Assembly: GCA_023665935.1 (NCBI GenBank)
Contig: JAMPCZ010000003.1
Location: 1 to 50,946, forward strand
Origin: Muribaculaceae bacterium
Lineage (GTDB): Bacteria > Cyanobacteriota > Vampirovibrionia > Gastranaerophilales > Gastranaerophilaceae
Direction of reading: 5' to 3'
Length of the DNA stretch: 50,946 nt
Shown in pieces: positions 24,960 through 34,394 of this stretch (position 1 is its first letter; each line of letters begins with the position of its first letter). The notes under the pieces were generated by a model. The model saw only the letters and a program-made list of their open reading frames with translations, was not told the DNA's origin and ran no database searches. A program made the position numbers and the translations under genes.

Positions 24960-27440
24960 CTACTCCCTGAATGAAATTTGAGCATATGTTTTTTGTAATT
25001 TTTCTCTAACCGAAGTCATTTGTTGTTCAATGATTTCATCTGTTAATGTTGCACTTTCATCCTGCATTTTTATTCTGAAAGCAACACTTTTGAACCCTTC
25101 TTGTACGTGTTCGCCTTGATATACGTCAAAAATGTCTGCCCCTTTGAATATATTTTGTTTAACAGAACCTTTAATAACTTTTTGGATTTCATCACAAGAT
25201 ACCGTGTCGTTGATGATGAACGCAAGGTCACGTCTTACTTCCGGGTATTGCGGAAGGTGTTTAAAACGAGGTACGGTTTCTTTTACTGCCGAAATAACTT
25301 CATCCAAATCAACTTTGAATAAGAATGCATCTTGATTAAGTTTCAATTTGTCGCGTAATGTCGGATGAAGCTGTCCGAAATAACCGATAGGCTGCGGTTT
25401 TTTGCCTAATAACATTACAACAGCGGTTCTGTACGGATGGAAGACGTTATGTGTATGTACAAGTTCGGTTTCTTCAAACGGAACAATTTTGATACGTCTT
25501 GTTATACCCAAATCTTCGAACAGATTTTCAATGATACCTTTCACGGTGAAGAAATCTGATTGGGTTTTAACCTGCCATTTTGAGTTTTGGGTTTCGCCTG
25601 TTAAAACACCTTCTAACACAAGAGTTTCTTTTACACCCGAATGTTTTTCATCAGCTTCTGCGATTTTCAGGTAAGTTTTTCCGATTTCGTAAGCCCAAAA
25701 ATTCTTTTGACCGTTATCGAAATTATATTTCATACAATTCAAAACGCTTGCGGCTAATGTTTGACGAAGCATTGAATACTCTTCGCTGGCTGCATTTGCT
25801 ACTCTTACGGCTTTGTCTTCTTCAAAATCAATTTTGAATTTATCAAGTAAAGATTTACCGATTAAAGAACTTGTTTGAATTTCATTCAACCCTGCTGAAA
25901 GCATCAGTTGATGAACTCTTTTAACAGTTTTTTCTGCTAATGTGATGACAGGAGTTTGGGATTTGTCCGGAAGAGTCGGTGCAATTTTGTCATAACCGTT
26001 AATTCTTGCAATTTCTTCGATTAAATCAATTTCTCTTGTTACATCATAAGCTCGGAAACTTGGAACTGCGAATTTTGCGGCAGCAGCATTTCCTCCGAGT
26101 TTTTCAAACCCGAGATTTTCTAAAATGTTATCACATCTTTCCTGAGCGATTTCACAGCCAAGAATTCTTTTTATTTGTGCATAGCGCAAAGTTATTTCAA
26201 GCGGTTCGAGCTTGTTTTCACCATCTTCAACTACTCCGATAACCTCAGCATCTGCGTATTCAACAAGCAGTTGTAATGCCCGCATCAGAGCCGGTTTAAC
26301 CGCTTCTATATCAATACCGCGTTCAAATCTTGCGGAGGCTTCGCTTCTGTAGCCTGCACTTCGTGCTGATTTTCTGTTTGTTGCAGGTGTGAAATATGCA
26401 GCTTCAAGTGCGATAGATGTTGTGTTATCGTCGATTTCAGAGTTTGCACCGCCGAATACACCGCCAAGACAAACCCCTTCTTTTTCTGTTGCGATTAGAA
26501 CAGAATCTGTTGTCAATGTTCTTTCTACTTCATCCAGTGTTACAATTTTTTCACCTTCTTGCGCACGTCTGACGCATAAATATCCGTCAAGCTTGTCTAA
26601 ATCAAATGCGTGCAGCGGACAACCGTATTCAAGCATTACATAGTTTGTAATATCGACAACGTTATTTATTGCACGTACTCCTGAAGCTACAAGTCTTTTT
26701 TGCATCCAATCAGGTGAAGTCTTGATTTTAACGTTTTTCACAACCGCGATTGAATAATATTTGCAGACATCTTTATCCTTAATTTCGACTTTGAATTCAT
26801 CTGTTGATAAATCTTTTGTACATTCAATAGGATTGAATTTTAACGGAGTGTTAAATAGGGAGCTTAATTCTCTTGCTACACCGACAACAGACATTTGGTC
26901 ACCTCTGTTTGCAGTTGGGGCAATATCAATAACCGTATCTTTTTCAAATCCCAATACATCTTTGACATCTTCACCAATATTAACGTTAGAGAAAATTCTG
27001 TTAAGGATTAGAATACCGTCTTCTTCTTGATAACCGCGTTCAGAAACTCCAAGTTCATCTGCAGAACATAGCATACCTTGAGATTCAACTCCACGAATTA
27101 CTGCAGGGGTAAGGGTGAACATTTCACCTGTCTTTCTGTCCAAAACTTGAGAACCTACACTTGCGTAAGGAACAGTTTGACCTTCCTGAATATTTTGTGC
27201 TCCGCATACAACCGTTTTCAAGCCTGAGCCGGTGTTAACTGTTACTAAATGCAATTTTTCAGAATTCGGATGAGCATCGATTTTTTCGATTTTTACGGTT
27301 TTTATGTTGGTAAACATTGGTTTTACTTCTTCTATTGCTTCAACTTCCAAACCGCTCATAGTAAGCTCGTGAGCAATTTGTTCAGCTTCAATATTTGACA
27401 AATCAACCATTTCATTTAACCAGTTTAAAGATACTTTCAT
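24960..27440 (-). CDS. pheT: phenylalanine--tRNA ligase beta subunit
   Basis: 826 aa. N-terminal MKVSLNWLNE plus tRNA-binding domain (HPNSEKLHLVTV..GAQN), B3/4 and B5 regions, C-terminal FDX-ACB (DLAFIIN..FDVYQGE..KSVAFRI). No pheS is adjacent. Confidence 0.95.
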   Translation of the reverse strand: MKVSLNWLNEMVDLSNIEAEQIAHELTMSGLEVEAIEEVKPMFTNIKTVKIEKIDAHPNSEKLHLVTVNTGSGLKTVVCGAQNIQEGQTVPYASVGSQVLDRKTGEMFTLTPAVIRGVESQGMLCSADELGVSERGYQEEDGILILNRIFSNVNIGEDVKDVLGFEKDTVIDIAPTANRGDQMSVVGVARELSSLFNTPLKFNPIECTKDLSTDEFKVEIKDKDVCKYYSIAVVKNVKIKTSPDWMQKRLVASGVRAINNVVDITNYVMLEYGCPLHAFDLDKLDGYLCVRRAQEGEKIVTLDEVERTLTTDSVLIATEKEGVCLGGVFGGANSEIDDNTTSIALEAAYFTPATNRKSARSAGYRSEASARFERGIDIEAVKPALMRALQLLVEYADAEVIGVVEDGENKLEPLEITLRYAQIKRILGCEIAQERCDNILENLGFEKLGGNAAAAKFAVPSFRAYDVTREIDLIEEIARINGYDKIAPTLPDKSQTPVITLAEKTVKRVHQLMLSAGLNEIQTSSLIGKSLLDKFKIDFEEDKAVRVANAASEEYSMLRQTLAASVLNCMKYNFDNGQKNFWAYEIGKTYLKIAEADEKHSGVKETLVLEGVLTGETQNSKWQVKTQSDFFTVKGIIENLFEDLGITRRIKIVPFEETELVHTHNVFHPYRTAVVMLLGKKPQPIGYFGQLHPTLRDKLKLNQDAFLFKVDLDEVISAVKETVPRFKHLPQYPEVRRDLAFIINDTVSCDEIQKVIKGSVKQNIFKGADIFDVYQGEHVQEGFKSVAFRIKMQDESATLTDEIIEQQMTSVREKLQKTYAQISFRE

Positions 27441-27470
27441 TTATTTTCCCTCTTAGATTTTGAGTTTTAA

Positions 27471-27536
27471 GAGATTCTTCAATGTTTGTCATTCTGAGCG
27501 TTAGCGAAGAATCTCAACATTTCCTGACAGAATGAC
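27471..27536. repeat. family A hairpin repeat
   Basis: GAGATTCTTC..GTCATTCTGAGCGTTAGCGAAGAATCTC..CCTGACAGAATGAC. Confidence 0.75.
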
Positions 27537-27634
27537 CGTTAATATATATTTTATTTTAGTACAAAAGTATTTGCGTGTAAATGTCCTATAAATAAAGGAT
27601 ATCTTGATAATATATTTTAGGTTATCATAAGTAT

Positions 27635-27958
27635 ATGGATAGTTATGACTATAACAGCGAGGATAAAGATTTAAAGGCAGTGGGGTTAGAGCTGATGTTT
27701 CTGACTCCCGAGAAGTGTTCGTCGACTGACGGAATCACTGCGGTTGAACTGTCTAAATTGGTTAACATCCCGCCGGATATTGTTAAAAAGAAATTGACAA
27801 TTCTCAAAGAAAAAGACATAGTCAAGGTCAAAGGTATAAATCCAAAATATTGGAAATTTAACGAATATAATTTTCAGCGGATGGATGAAGATGATGAAAT
27901 CTATAGACTTTTATGCAGTTTTGACGATGTGGATTTTGACAAATATTTTTCTTACTAA
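27635..27958 (+). CDS. small hypothetical protein, possible winged-helix DNA-binding domain
   Basis: ITAVELSKLVNIPPDIVKKKLTILKEKDIVKVKG resembles a MarR/wHTH recognition region. Weak call. Confidence 0.4.
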   Translation: MDSYDYNSEDKDLKAVGLELMFLTPEKCSSTDGITAVELSKLVNIPPDIVKKKLTILKEKDIVKVKGINPKYWKFNEYNFQRMDEDDEIYRLLCSFDDVDFDKYFSY

Positions 27959-28020
27959 CCACTTGATAGATTAAAAAAATATATGTTATTATAAAATGAG
28001 TTCAGGAGAATAGACCCAAA

Positions 28021-29352
28021 ATGGTATCAAGCACAAATCAGTTATTAAAACCAAAAACCGTAAATACAAATTCTGCCGGCAATCTTGAAATCGGCGGATG
28101 TGATATGGTGGAGTTAGCCGAAAAATTTGCAACTCCTTTGTATGTGCTTGATGAACGGACAATTCGTTCTATTTGCCGTGATTATAAAAAAGCATTTGAA
28201 AAATATCCGAATACTCGCATGATGTACGCTTCAAAGGCTCTTTGCACAAGTGCAGCAGCAAGAATTTTGGATGAAGAAGGCTTCGGCTTTGATACTGTTT
28301 CAGAAGGTGAAATTTATACAGTATATAAGGCTGGTGTTGATATGAGTCATGTCCTGTTTAACGGGAATAACAAATCTTATGATGAATTATCACTGGCACT
28401 AGATTTAGGAGTCGGCAGATTTTCCGTTGACAACTTTTTTGAACTTGCTCTGTTGAATGAACTTGCTCAAGAAAAAGGTAAAATTGCGGATATTCTTTTG
28501 AGAATTACTCCGGGTATAGAATGCCATACTCACGAATATATCCAAACCGGACACTTGGATTCAAAGTTCGGATTTGATTTGACCCAGCTTGATGAAGCGT
28601 TAGAACTTGTACAAAATGAGTATAAAAATTTGAGGGTTCACGGATTGCACGCCCATGTGGGTTCACAGATTTTTGAAACAAGTATTTATCCTGATGAGAT
28701 TGAAATCCTGGCTCGTGAAATAGCAAGAGTGGATGAAAAATTCGGGATAGATTTGCACGAAATCAATATTGGCGGAGGTTTGGGGGTAAAATATACAGAA
28801 TCTGATATGCCGCCTTCAACTTATGAAATTGCCGAACTTGTAATATCAAAAATCGAAGAAGCCGTGAAAAAATATAACATAAAAGCTCCGACAATTTTCT
28901 TGGAGCCGGGAAGAAGTATAATTTCGACATCGGGTGTAACGTTATACACTGTCGGCAGCTCAAAACAGGTTCCTAACGGCAGAAAATATGTTGCGGTGGA
29001 TGGCGGAATGGCTGATAATCCGCGACCTTCAATGTATAACGCTGAGTATTATGCTGAAGTTGCAAACAAAAAAGAAACCTCAGAAGTTGAGAAGGTGACT
29101 GTTGCTGGAAGATATTGTGAATCAGGTGATATCTTAATCCATGATGTTGAATTACCAAGGCTTGATGAAGGTGATATCCTTTGTGTTTATAATACGGGAG
29201 CATACAACTATTCTATGGCTTCAAATTATAACAGGGTGCAAAAACCTGCGATGGTTTTGGTTAATGACGGCAACGCCGATATAATTGTAAGACGAGAAAC
29301 TTTAGACGATTTGGTTTCACACGATGAAATTCCTGATAGGTTGAGAAAATGA
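28021..29352 (+). CDS. lysA: diaminopimelate decarboxylase
   Basis: TPLYVLDE, PLP-Lys region MYASKALC, HAHVGSQI, INIGGGLG, EPGRSII, GRYCESGD, GAYNYSMASNYN. Confidence 0.9.
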   Translation: MVSSTNQLLKPKTVNTNSAGNLEIGGCDMVELAEKFATPLYVLDERTIRSICRDYKKAFEKYPNTRMMYASKALCTSAAARILDEEGFGFDTVSEGEIYTVYKAGVDMSHVLFNGNNKSYDELSLALDLGVGRFSVDNFFELALLNELAQEKGKIADILLRITPGIECHTHEYIQTGHLDSKFGFDLTQLDEALELVQNEYKNLRVHGLHAHVGSQIFETSIYPDEIEILAREIARVDEKFGIDLHEINIGGGLGVKYTESDMPPSTYEIAELVISKIEEAVKKYNIKAPTIFLEPGRSIISTSGVTLYTVGSSKQVPNGRKYVAVDGGMADNPRPSMYNAEYYAEVANKKETSEVEKVTVAGRYCESGDILIHDVELPRLDEGDILCVYNTGAYNYSMASNYNRVQKPAMVLVNDGNADIIVRRETLDDLVSHDEIPDRLRK

Positions 29353-30251
29353 TAGATGAAATTTTAATTTTATTGCAAAATTTAATAGGCAGCTGGCATA
29401 TTTATATCAAAGATACCTTTGGGTGGAAAAATATCTTTGAAGTGTGTATTATTGCTGCGATTTTGATTATTTTTTATAAAAAGTTTATCAAAAATACTCA
29501 TTCCGAAAAATTTGTGAAAGGTGCTTTCGTGCTCGTAATCTTGTGGATTTTTGGGGAAGTTCTTATTGCAATAAATTTAAACATCTTAGGCGTCTTTTTA
29601 CGCTCATTCGTAACCCTTGTTGCTTTGAGTTTAATCGTAATTTTCCAACCTGAATTGCGTAGATTTTTGGGCTATTTGGGGCAGGTTGATTTCTTCAAAC
29701 GGCTTTTTGAAAGTGATAAGAAAAAAGACGACAAATCTATTGATGTAATAAAAGAAATTATTGAGGCGGTGAAATATCTGTCAAAATCTCATACAGGGGC
29801 TCTGATTGTTTTCCAAAATGATTTAAGTAATACATATCACGATGTTGGAACCATTTTGAATGCTGATGTTTCAACCGAGCTTCTGCTGACAATTTTCCAC
29901 GTGAATACTCCGCTTCATGACGGTGCGGTGGTAATAAGCGGTGCAAAAATAATTTCAGCAGGGGTACTATTACCGTTAACTGATGACCCAAAACTTAGCT
30001 GGAAATACGGAACCCGCCACAGAGCAGCTATTGGTATGACAGAAACAAGTAATGCTGCATGTCTTGTAGTTTCCGAAGAAACAGGTGATGTATCCGTAAC
30101 TTTGGATGGAACTTTGAAAAAATATGATGATATTCCGACTTTGAAAGCTGATTTGGAAAATATCCTGGGTTATAAACAAGTGGAAGAATCTGAAAAGAAA
30201 TCTATATTTAATCTTGAGAATTTGATTACAATAAAAAAAGATAGGAAATAA
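29349..30251 (+). CDS. cdaA: diadenylate cyclase CdaA (3 N-terminal TM helices plus DAC domain)
   Basis: DAC motifs HTGALIVFQ, TPLHDGAVVI, GTRHRAAIGMTE, VSEETGDVS. ATGA start/stop overlap with lysA. Confidence 0.9.
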   Translation: MIDEILILLQNLIGSWHIYIKDTFGWKNIFEVCIIAAILIIFYKKFIKNTHSEKFVKGAFVLVILWIFGEVLIAINLNILGVFLRSFVTLVALSLIVIFQPELRRFLGYLGQVDFFKRLFESDKKKDDKSIDVIKEIIEAVKYLSKSHTGALIVFQNDLSNTYHDVGTILNADVSTELLLTIFHVNTPLHDGAVVISGAKIISAGVLLPLTDDPKLSWKYGTRHRAAIGMTETSNAACLVVSEETGDVSVTLDGTLKKYDDIPTLKADLENILGYKQVEESEKKSIFNLENLITIKKDRK

Positions 30252-30254
30252 TTT

Positions 30255-31127
30255 ATGCATTTGTCCGAGATGTTTAAAAAGGAATTTTTATTAAAACTTA
30301 TCAAAAATTTGATTTTTATGACGTTTGGGGCAATAATTGCGGGTTTTGCGCTGGAAGCTTTCTTGGTTCCACATGAAGTTATTGATGGTGGAATAATCGG
30401 TATATCAATGATTTTGAGTCATGTTTCAAAATTCAATTTGGGTCTGTTGATTATCTTATTGAATCTTCCGTTTATTTTATTGGCATTCAAAAAGATGGGC
30501 GCACTTTTTGTAATACTGACAGCTTATGCTAATATAATTCTTGCCCTGTCATTGAACTTTTTTCACAGTTACAAAGTAACTGATGATATATTGTTATCAA
30601 CCGTTTTTGGCGGAATTGTTTTGGGAACCGGTGTCGGGTTGATTTTGAAAAATGAAGCCTCACTTGATGGGACGGAAATTCTTTCACTGTTGGTTTCTAA
30701 GAAATTCGGGTTCTCTGTCGGTGAATTTATTATGGGTATAAACCTGTTTATTTATTTGGTTGCAGGAAAAGTTTTCGGCTGGGAGAGTGCGATGTATTCC
30801 ATTTTGACATATTTTATTGCGTCAAGAGTGATAGATGTTGTGATGGAAGGTTTAAACAGTTCAAAATCAGTCAGAATTATCAGTGATAATACCCGCGCAA
30901 TCGGTCAGGCTCTGATTGAAAAACTTGATATAAGTGTCACTTATTTGAAAGGTGTCGGTGGATATTCAGGGCTTGAGAAGGATATTATATATTGCGTAAT
31001 ATCAAGACTTGAGCTGCCGAAAATGATTGAGATAACAAAAGAAATTGACCCGAATGCGTTTGTATCGGTTGTAGATGTTCACGAAACTTATGGCGGAAGA
31101 TTTAGAAAAAAAGTTGATAAAATTTAA
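30255..31127 (+). CDS. YitT-family integral membrane protein with C-terminal DUF2179-like domain
   Basis: Polytopic N-terminal region with VIDGGIIGISMIL and ASLDGTEIL. C-terminal soluble domain VTYLKGVGGYSG..IYCVISRLELPKMIEI. Confidence 0.8.
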   Translation: MHLSEMFKKEFLLKLIKNLIFMTFGAIIAGFALEAFLVPHEVIDGGIIGISMILSHVSKFNLGLLIILLNLPFILLAFKKMGALFVILTAYANIILALSLNFFHSYKVTDDILLSTVFGGIVLGTGVGLILKNEASLDGTEILSLLVSKKFGFSVGEFIMGINLFIYLVAGKVFGWESAMYSILTYFIASRVIDVVMEGLNSSKSVRIISDNTRAIGQALIEKLDISVTYLKGVGGYSGLEKDIIYCVISRLELPKMIEITKEIDPNAFVSVVDVHETYGGRFRKKVDKI

Positions 31128-31177
31128 AAAATATAATATACTTGGATTAACGAAGAGAGAGAAAAAGGATAAAAATA

Positions 31178-31525
31178 ATGGCAAAACACAGTGATACAGT
31201 ACCTATAGAGGTAACAATTTTAACCGCAGACCACGATATTAAAGGGGTTGTACACGTTTCAAAATATACTAATACAAATCGTGAATTGACTGACCTTTTG
31301 AACGATAGAGAAAGAAGATTTCTTGCTGTAACTAATGCTGAAATTTATCCGCGCACAGGTAATACTTCACCTAGAAGATATAATTTCCTTGAGATTCATA
31401 TGGATTATGTTTTGATGGTTCATCCGACAAGTCAAGCTGTATTCAAGGATTCAGGTAAAACTCAGGAAGATATTGCAAGATTTAGAGATTTGAGATTGAA
31501 ACTGAACCAAACAAAACCGTTTTAA
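31178..31525 (+). CDS. hypothetical protein (115 aa)
   Basis: ORF with SD-like GAAAAAGGA about 8 nt upstream of the ATG. Last gene of the lysA-cdaA-yitT string. No family recognised. Confidence 0.5.
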   Translation: MAKHSDTVPIEVTILTADHDIKGVVHVSKYTNTNRELTDLLNDRERRFLAVTNAEIYPRTGNTSPRRYNFLEIHMDYVLMVHPTSQAVFKDSGKTQEDIARFRDLRLKLNQTKPF

Positions 31526-31530
31526 TATTT

Positions 31531-31903
31531 TGCAAGGAATTCGTCATTGCGAGCGCAAGCGAAGCAATCCAGCTTTTTAAAACTCTTAGCTGGATTCTTT
31601 CGGATTCCTTGCGCCTCGCAATAAACGCCACCGCAATGACGATGTTATACCCTCGCCCCTTGTGGGAGAGGGGTAGGGTGAGGGGGTCAATGTTTAACGA
31701 GTTACATATAAGCCCTGGATTGCCACGGGCTGACGCCCTCGCAATGACGTGAACTTTGCGAGGCGGTCGTCATTGCGAGCGTTCGTCTTCGCAAAGACGG
31801 TTATATGTCCCCACCCCTGGCGGGCGGGGATTAAGGGGCGGGGGTAATGTTGTTCAATATTGAAATAATGAGATTCTTCGGTCACAAGTTTCCTCAGAAT
31901 GAC
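31531..31903. repeat. mosaic cluster of hairpin repeats (families B, C, B, B/D hybrid, C, A)
   Basis: CGTCATTGCGAGCGCAAGCGAAGCAATCCAGC..GCTGGATTC..CTCGCAATAAACG (31542-31627). CCCTCGCCCCTTGTGGGAGAGGGGTAGGGTGAGGGGG (31650-31686). CTGGATTGCCACGGGCTGACGCCCTCGCAATGACG (31715-31749). CGTCATTGCGAGCGTTCGTCTTCGCAAAGACGG (31768-31800). CCCCACCCCTGGCGGGCGGGGATTAAGGGGCGGGGG (31809-31844). GAGATTCTTCGGTCACAAGTTTCCTCAGAATGAC (31870-31903). Accounts for the spurious ORF 31694..31885. Confidence 0.8.
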
Positions 31904-31937
31904 GAGAATTTTTCAATGACGTATTACAATTGAGAGC

Positions 31938-31966
31938 TTGAAAACTTCTTAAAAAAGTTGTATAAT
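31938..31966 (+). promoter_or_regulatory. sigma-70-type promoter for the tandem pilin-like genes
   Basis: TTGAAA (31938-31943), 17-nt spacer, TATAAT (31961-31966), about 32 nt upstream of the ATG at 31999. Confidence 0.55.
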
Positions 31967-31998
31967 CTATATATACTAAAGAACAGGATTTTAAGAGT

Positions 31999-32670
31999 AT
32001 GAAAAAAGCCCTTACTATTGGCGAACTTTTGATTACGATGACTATTATCGGTACGATTGCCGTGCTTGTTTTGCCAAGTTTTATGAAAGACTACCATAAA
32101 AAACTTTATGTTACACGTTTGAAAAAAGCTTATGAGATACTTGATTCTGCGGTAACTCAGGCATGTTTAGATAATAATGTTACAAAATTTTCTCAAACAC
32201 CATATGTGCTTCAAGATAAAAATCCTGCTACCGGCAAATATTATCAACAAGATTTTATAGATAAATATTTTAAAAAAGCTAATAATCAAACTACAAATCC
32301 TTTTTCTAAGAACTACGGTGCGGTAAATGCTCAGGGTAGACGTGCTGTTTCATTAGCAGAGGGGCATGGCTGGGCAAAATTAGCTGGTGGTGAAGCCGTG
32401 TCATTTTATTGTGGTTCAGGTGTAAATTATTGTGTAATGCGTGTTGATATTAATTCAACAGACGGACCTAACATTGGTGGACGAGATATGTTTGCAATTT
32501 TTGTAGATAAAGATACTAACAAATTATATGACCGATATAAAGTATCTGTATGCGGCGGGGTGGATTCTTCTGAGGATACTAACAGATTAACTGATAGTCT
32601 TTATGGTGTTTATCAAGGTTATGGTTGTTTGAACCGAATCATGGAAGATAACTGGGAAATGAAATATTAA
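31999..32670 (+). CDS. type IV pilin-like / pseudopilin protein (atypical Ala at -1, Leu at +1)
   Basis: MKKA|LTIGELLITMTIIGTIAVLVLPSF with Glu at +5. Family motif VDINSTDGPNIGGRDMF. C-terminal GCLNRIMEDNWEMKY. Confidence 0.75.
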   Translation: MKKALTIGELLITMTIIGTIAVLVLPSFMKDYHKKLYVTRLKKAYEILDSAVTQACLDNNVTKFSQTPYVLQDKNPATGKYYQQDFIDKYFKKANNQTTNPFSKNYGAVNAQGRRAVSLAEGHGWAKLAGGEAVSFYCGSGVNYCVMRVDINSTDGPNIGGRDMFAIFVDKDTNKLYDRYKVSVCGGVDSSEDTNRLTDSLYGVYQGYGCLNRIMEDNWEMKY

Positions 32671-32683
32671 GGAAGGATTTATA

Positions 32684-33325
32684 ATGCGAAAAGGCTTTAC
32701 TTTATCAGAAATTTTAATAACGCTTGGGATTGTCGGAGTTGTTGCAGTTTTGACAGTTCCGTCTGTGATGAAAAACTACAGAAATAGAATGTATGTCGCT
32801 CAGCTTCAGAAGGTTTATTCTCAAATAAGCGACGCGGCCCAAGCTATTATGAACGATGACCATGTTGATAATTTCTACGAAACCTCCGCTATAAGTCAAG
32901 GTGTTGGTTATTTTTTGAATAATTACTTCAAGAACATAAAAACAAACTGCGGAGTGGGAACAAACCTTTGTGTCGGGGCTAATTATACTAATTTAAACGG
33001 TACAAGTGTCGGCGGTATTGTCGGAACTTGCGTTCAAACTGTAAATGGTGCGGCTATCTGTGGTTCTTATACCTCTACGAATAAAGTTTTTAGTATTTTT
33101 GTCGATGTAAATGGTGCCGCTGAACCTAATATCGCCGGGCGTGATGTTTTTGCAATGGATATAAAACAAGATGCTTCAATGTCAGATTATGGGAGCGGTT
33201 CTAATGTCCCGGGAACGGCAGGTTTGGGAGCTGCAAATTGTGGATCAGGTACTGACAATATTTTCAGTGCTGCTGCAGGTTGTGTGACTGCTGTAATTGA
33301 AGCCGGCTGGAAAATGGAATACTAG
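32684..33325 (+). CDS. type IV pilin-like / pseudopilin protein
   Basis: MRKG|FTLSEILITLGIVGVVAVLTVPSVM. VDVNGAAEPNIAGRDVF. C-terminal GCVTAVIEAGWKMEY. Confidence 0.8.
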   Translation: MRKGFTLSEILITLGIVGVVAVLTVPSVMKNYRNRMYVAQLQKVYSQISDAAQAIMNDDHVDNFYETSAISQGVGYFLNNYFKNIKTNCGVGTNLCVGANYTNLNGTSVGGIVGTCVQTVNGAAICGSYTSTNKVFSIFVDVNGAAEPNIAGRDVFAMDIKQDASMSDYGSGSNVPGTAGLGAANCGSGTDNIFSAAAGCVTAVIEAGWKMEY

Positions 33326-33336
33326 AGGTGTTGTTG

Positions 33337-34005
33337 ATGAAAAAAGCATTCACATTATCAGAAGTTTTAGTAACATTGGGGGTAATTGGTGTTGTTGCCG
33401 GTTTAACCATCCCCGGGGTTGTGAAAAATTACAGATATAAAACATATTCAGCTCAGCTTCGCAAGGTTTATTCCCAATTGCAGACTGCTGTAAAAATGGC
33501 TATGGAAGATGAATTATCAAATGATTTTTATCAGACAACTTCAGGAGTCAAGGCAGAAGCTGGTGATGACACAAAAGGGGTACGCTATTTTGCTAAAAAA
33601 TATTTAAAACTTGCCAGGGAAGATTGCGGTTACAAGAGTGCAAAAAAATGTGTGGCTGATGCTTATTTAACTCCGAGCGGAGAAAATGCAGGTGTACTTA
33701 TTCCTGATTCTGATGTATCTTATTGTGTACAGACAATAAACGGAGCCACACTTTGTTTCTTGAATCACGAATGGACTAGTTATATAACCAGGGTTGCAAT
33801 CGATGTGAACGGTCCTGATGATCCAAACACTATTGGTTTAGATACTTTCGTTTTAAATCTTTTCTATCAGGGTGAAGATTTAAGAGATTGGGGTGACCCC
33901 GAAGACTGCGGTGTTAATGAGAGTGATTACTCAGGTGATATTGTCAGCCATGCCCCGGGATGTTTGAATAAAGTTATTGCAAACGGCTGGGTTATTAAAG
34001 ATTAA
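33337..34005 (+). CDS. type IV pilin-like / pseudopilin protein
   Basis: MKKA|FTLSEVLVTLGVIGVVAGLTIPGVV. IDVNGPDDPNTIGLDTF. C-terminal GCLNKVIANGWVIKD. I prefer the ATG at 33337, with SD AGAGG 8 nt upstream, over the track's GTG at 33328. Confidence 0.8.
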   Translation: MKKAFTLSEVLVTLGVIGVVAGLTIPGVVKNYRYKTYSAQLRKVYSQLQTAVKMAMEDELSNDFYQTTSGVKAEAGDDTKGVRYFAKKYLKLAREDCGYKSAKKCVADAYLTPSGENAGVLIPDSDVSYCVQTINGATLCFLNHEWTSYITRVAIDVNGPDDPNTIGLDTFVLNLFYQGEDLRDWGDPEDCGVNESDYSGDIVSHAPGCLNKVIANGWVIKD

Positions 34006-34017
34006 GGTTTGATTTTT

Positions 34018-34297
34018 GTCATTCTGAGCCTTTAGGCGAAGAATCTCATACTTGCAAAAGATTCTTCGGTGGTGTACTCCCTCAGAATGACACTAATTTT
34101 GAACTCGTTTTGGGGTCTTTCTAATGACAGTTATCGTCATTGCGAGCGTAAGCGAAGCAATCCAGTACAAAATCTAACATAGAATTGTGGATTGCCGCGG
34201 GCTAAAGCCCTCGCAATGACGACTAATTTGTTATGTTTGCGTCATTCTGAGTGAAGCAAAGAATCTTTTATTTGTAGGTTGGGGTTACTACCCCAAC
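34018..34297. repeat. mosaic cluster of hairpin repeats (A full, B full, A left half, extra hairpin)
   Basis: GTCATTCTGAGCCTTTAGGCGAAGAATCTC..AGATTCTTCGGTGGTGTACTCCCTCAGAATGAC (34018-34091). CGTCATTGCGAGCGTAAGCGAAGCAATCCAG..GTGGATTGCCGCGGGCTAAAGCCCTCGCAATGACG (34135-34221). GTCATTCTGAGTGAAGCAAAGAATCTT (34241-34267). GTTGGGG-TTACTA-CCCCAAC (34278-34297). Confidence 0.8.
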
Positions 34298-34394
34298 ATG
34301 ATTACTTAAATCGAATTTTCAGTTTGCCTTTTATATTTTTTTTGTTTAATATAGAATACTTCTATAAAGTGGTATTTATAAAGGAGATTCTATT

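Noticed and set aside
31694-31885. 63-aa minus-strand ORF in the 31.5-31.9 kb intergenic region
   Set aside because: It lies wholly inside the repeat mosaic (families B, C, A). It is an artefact of GC-rich repeats being stop-poor.
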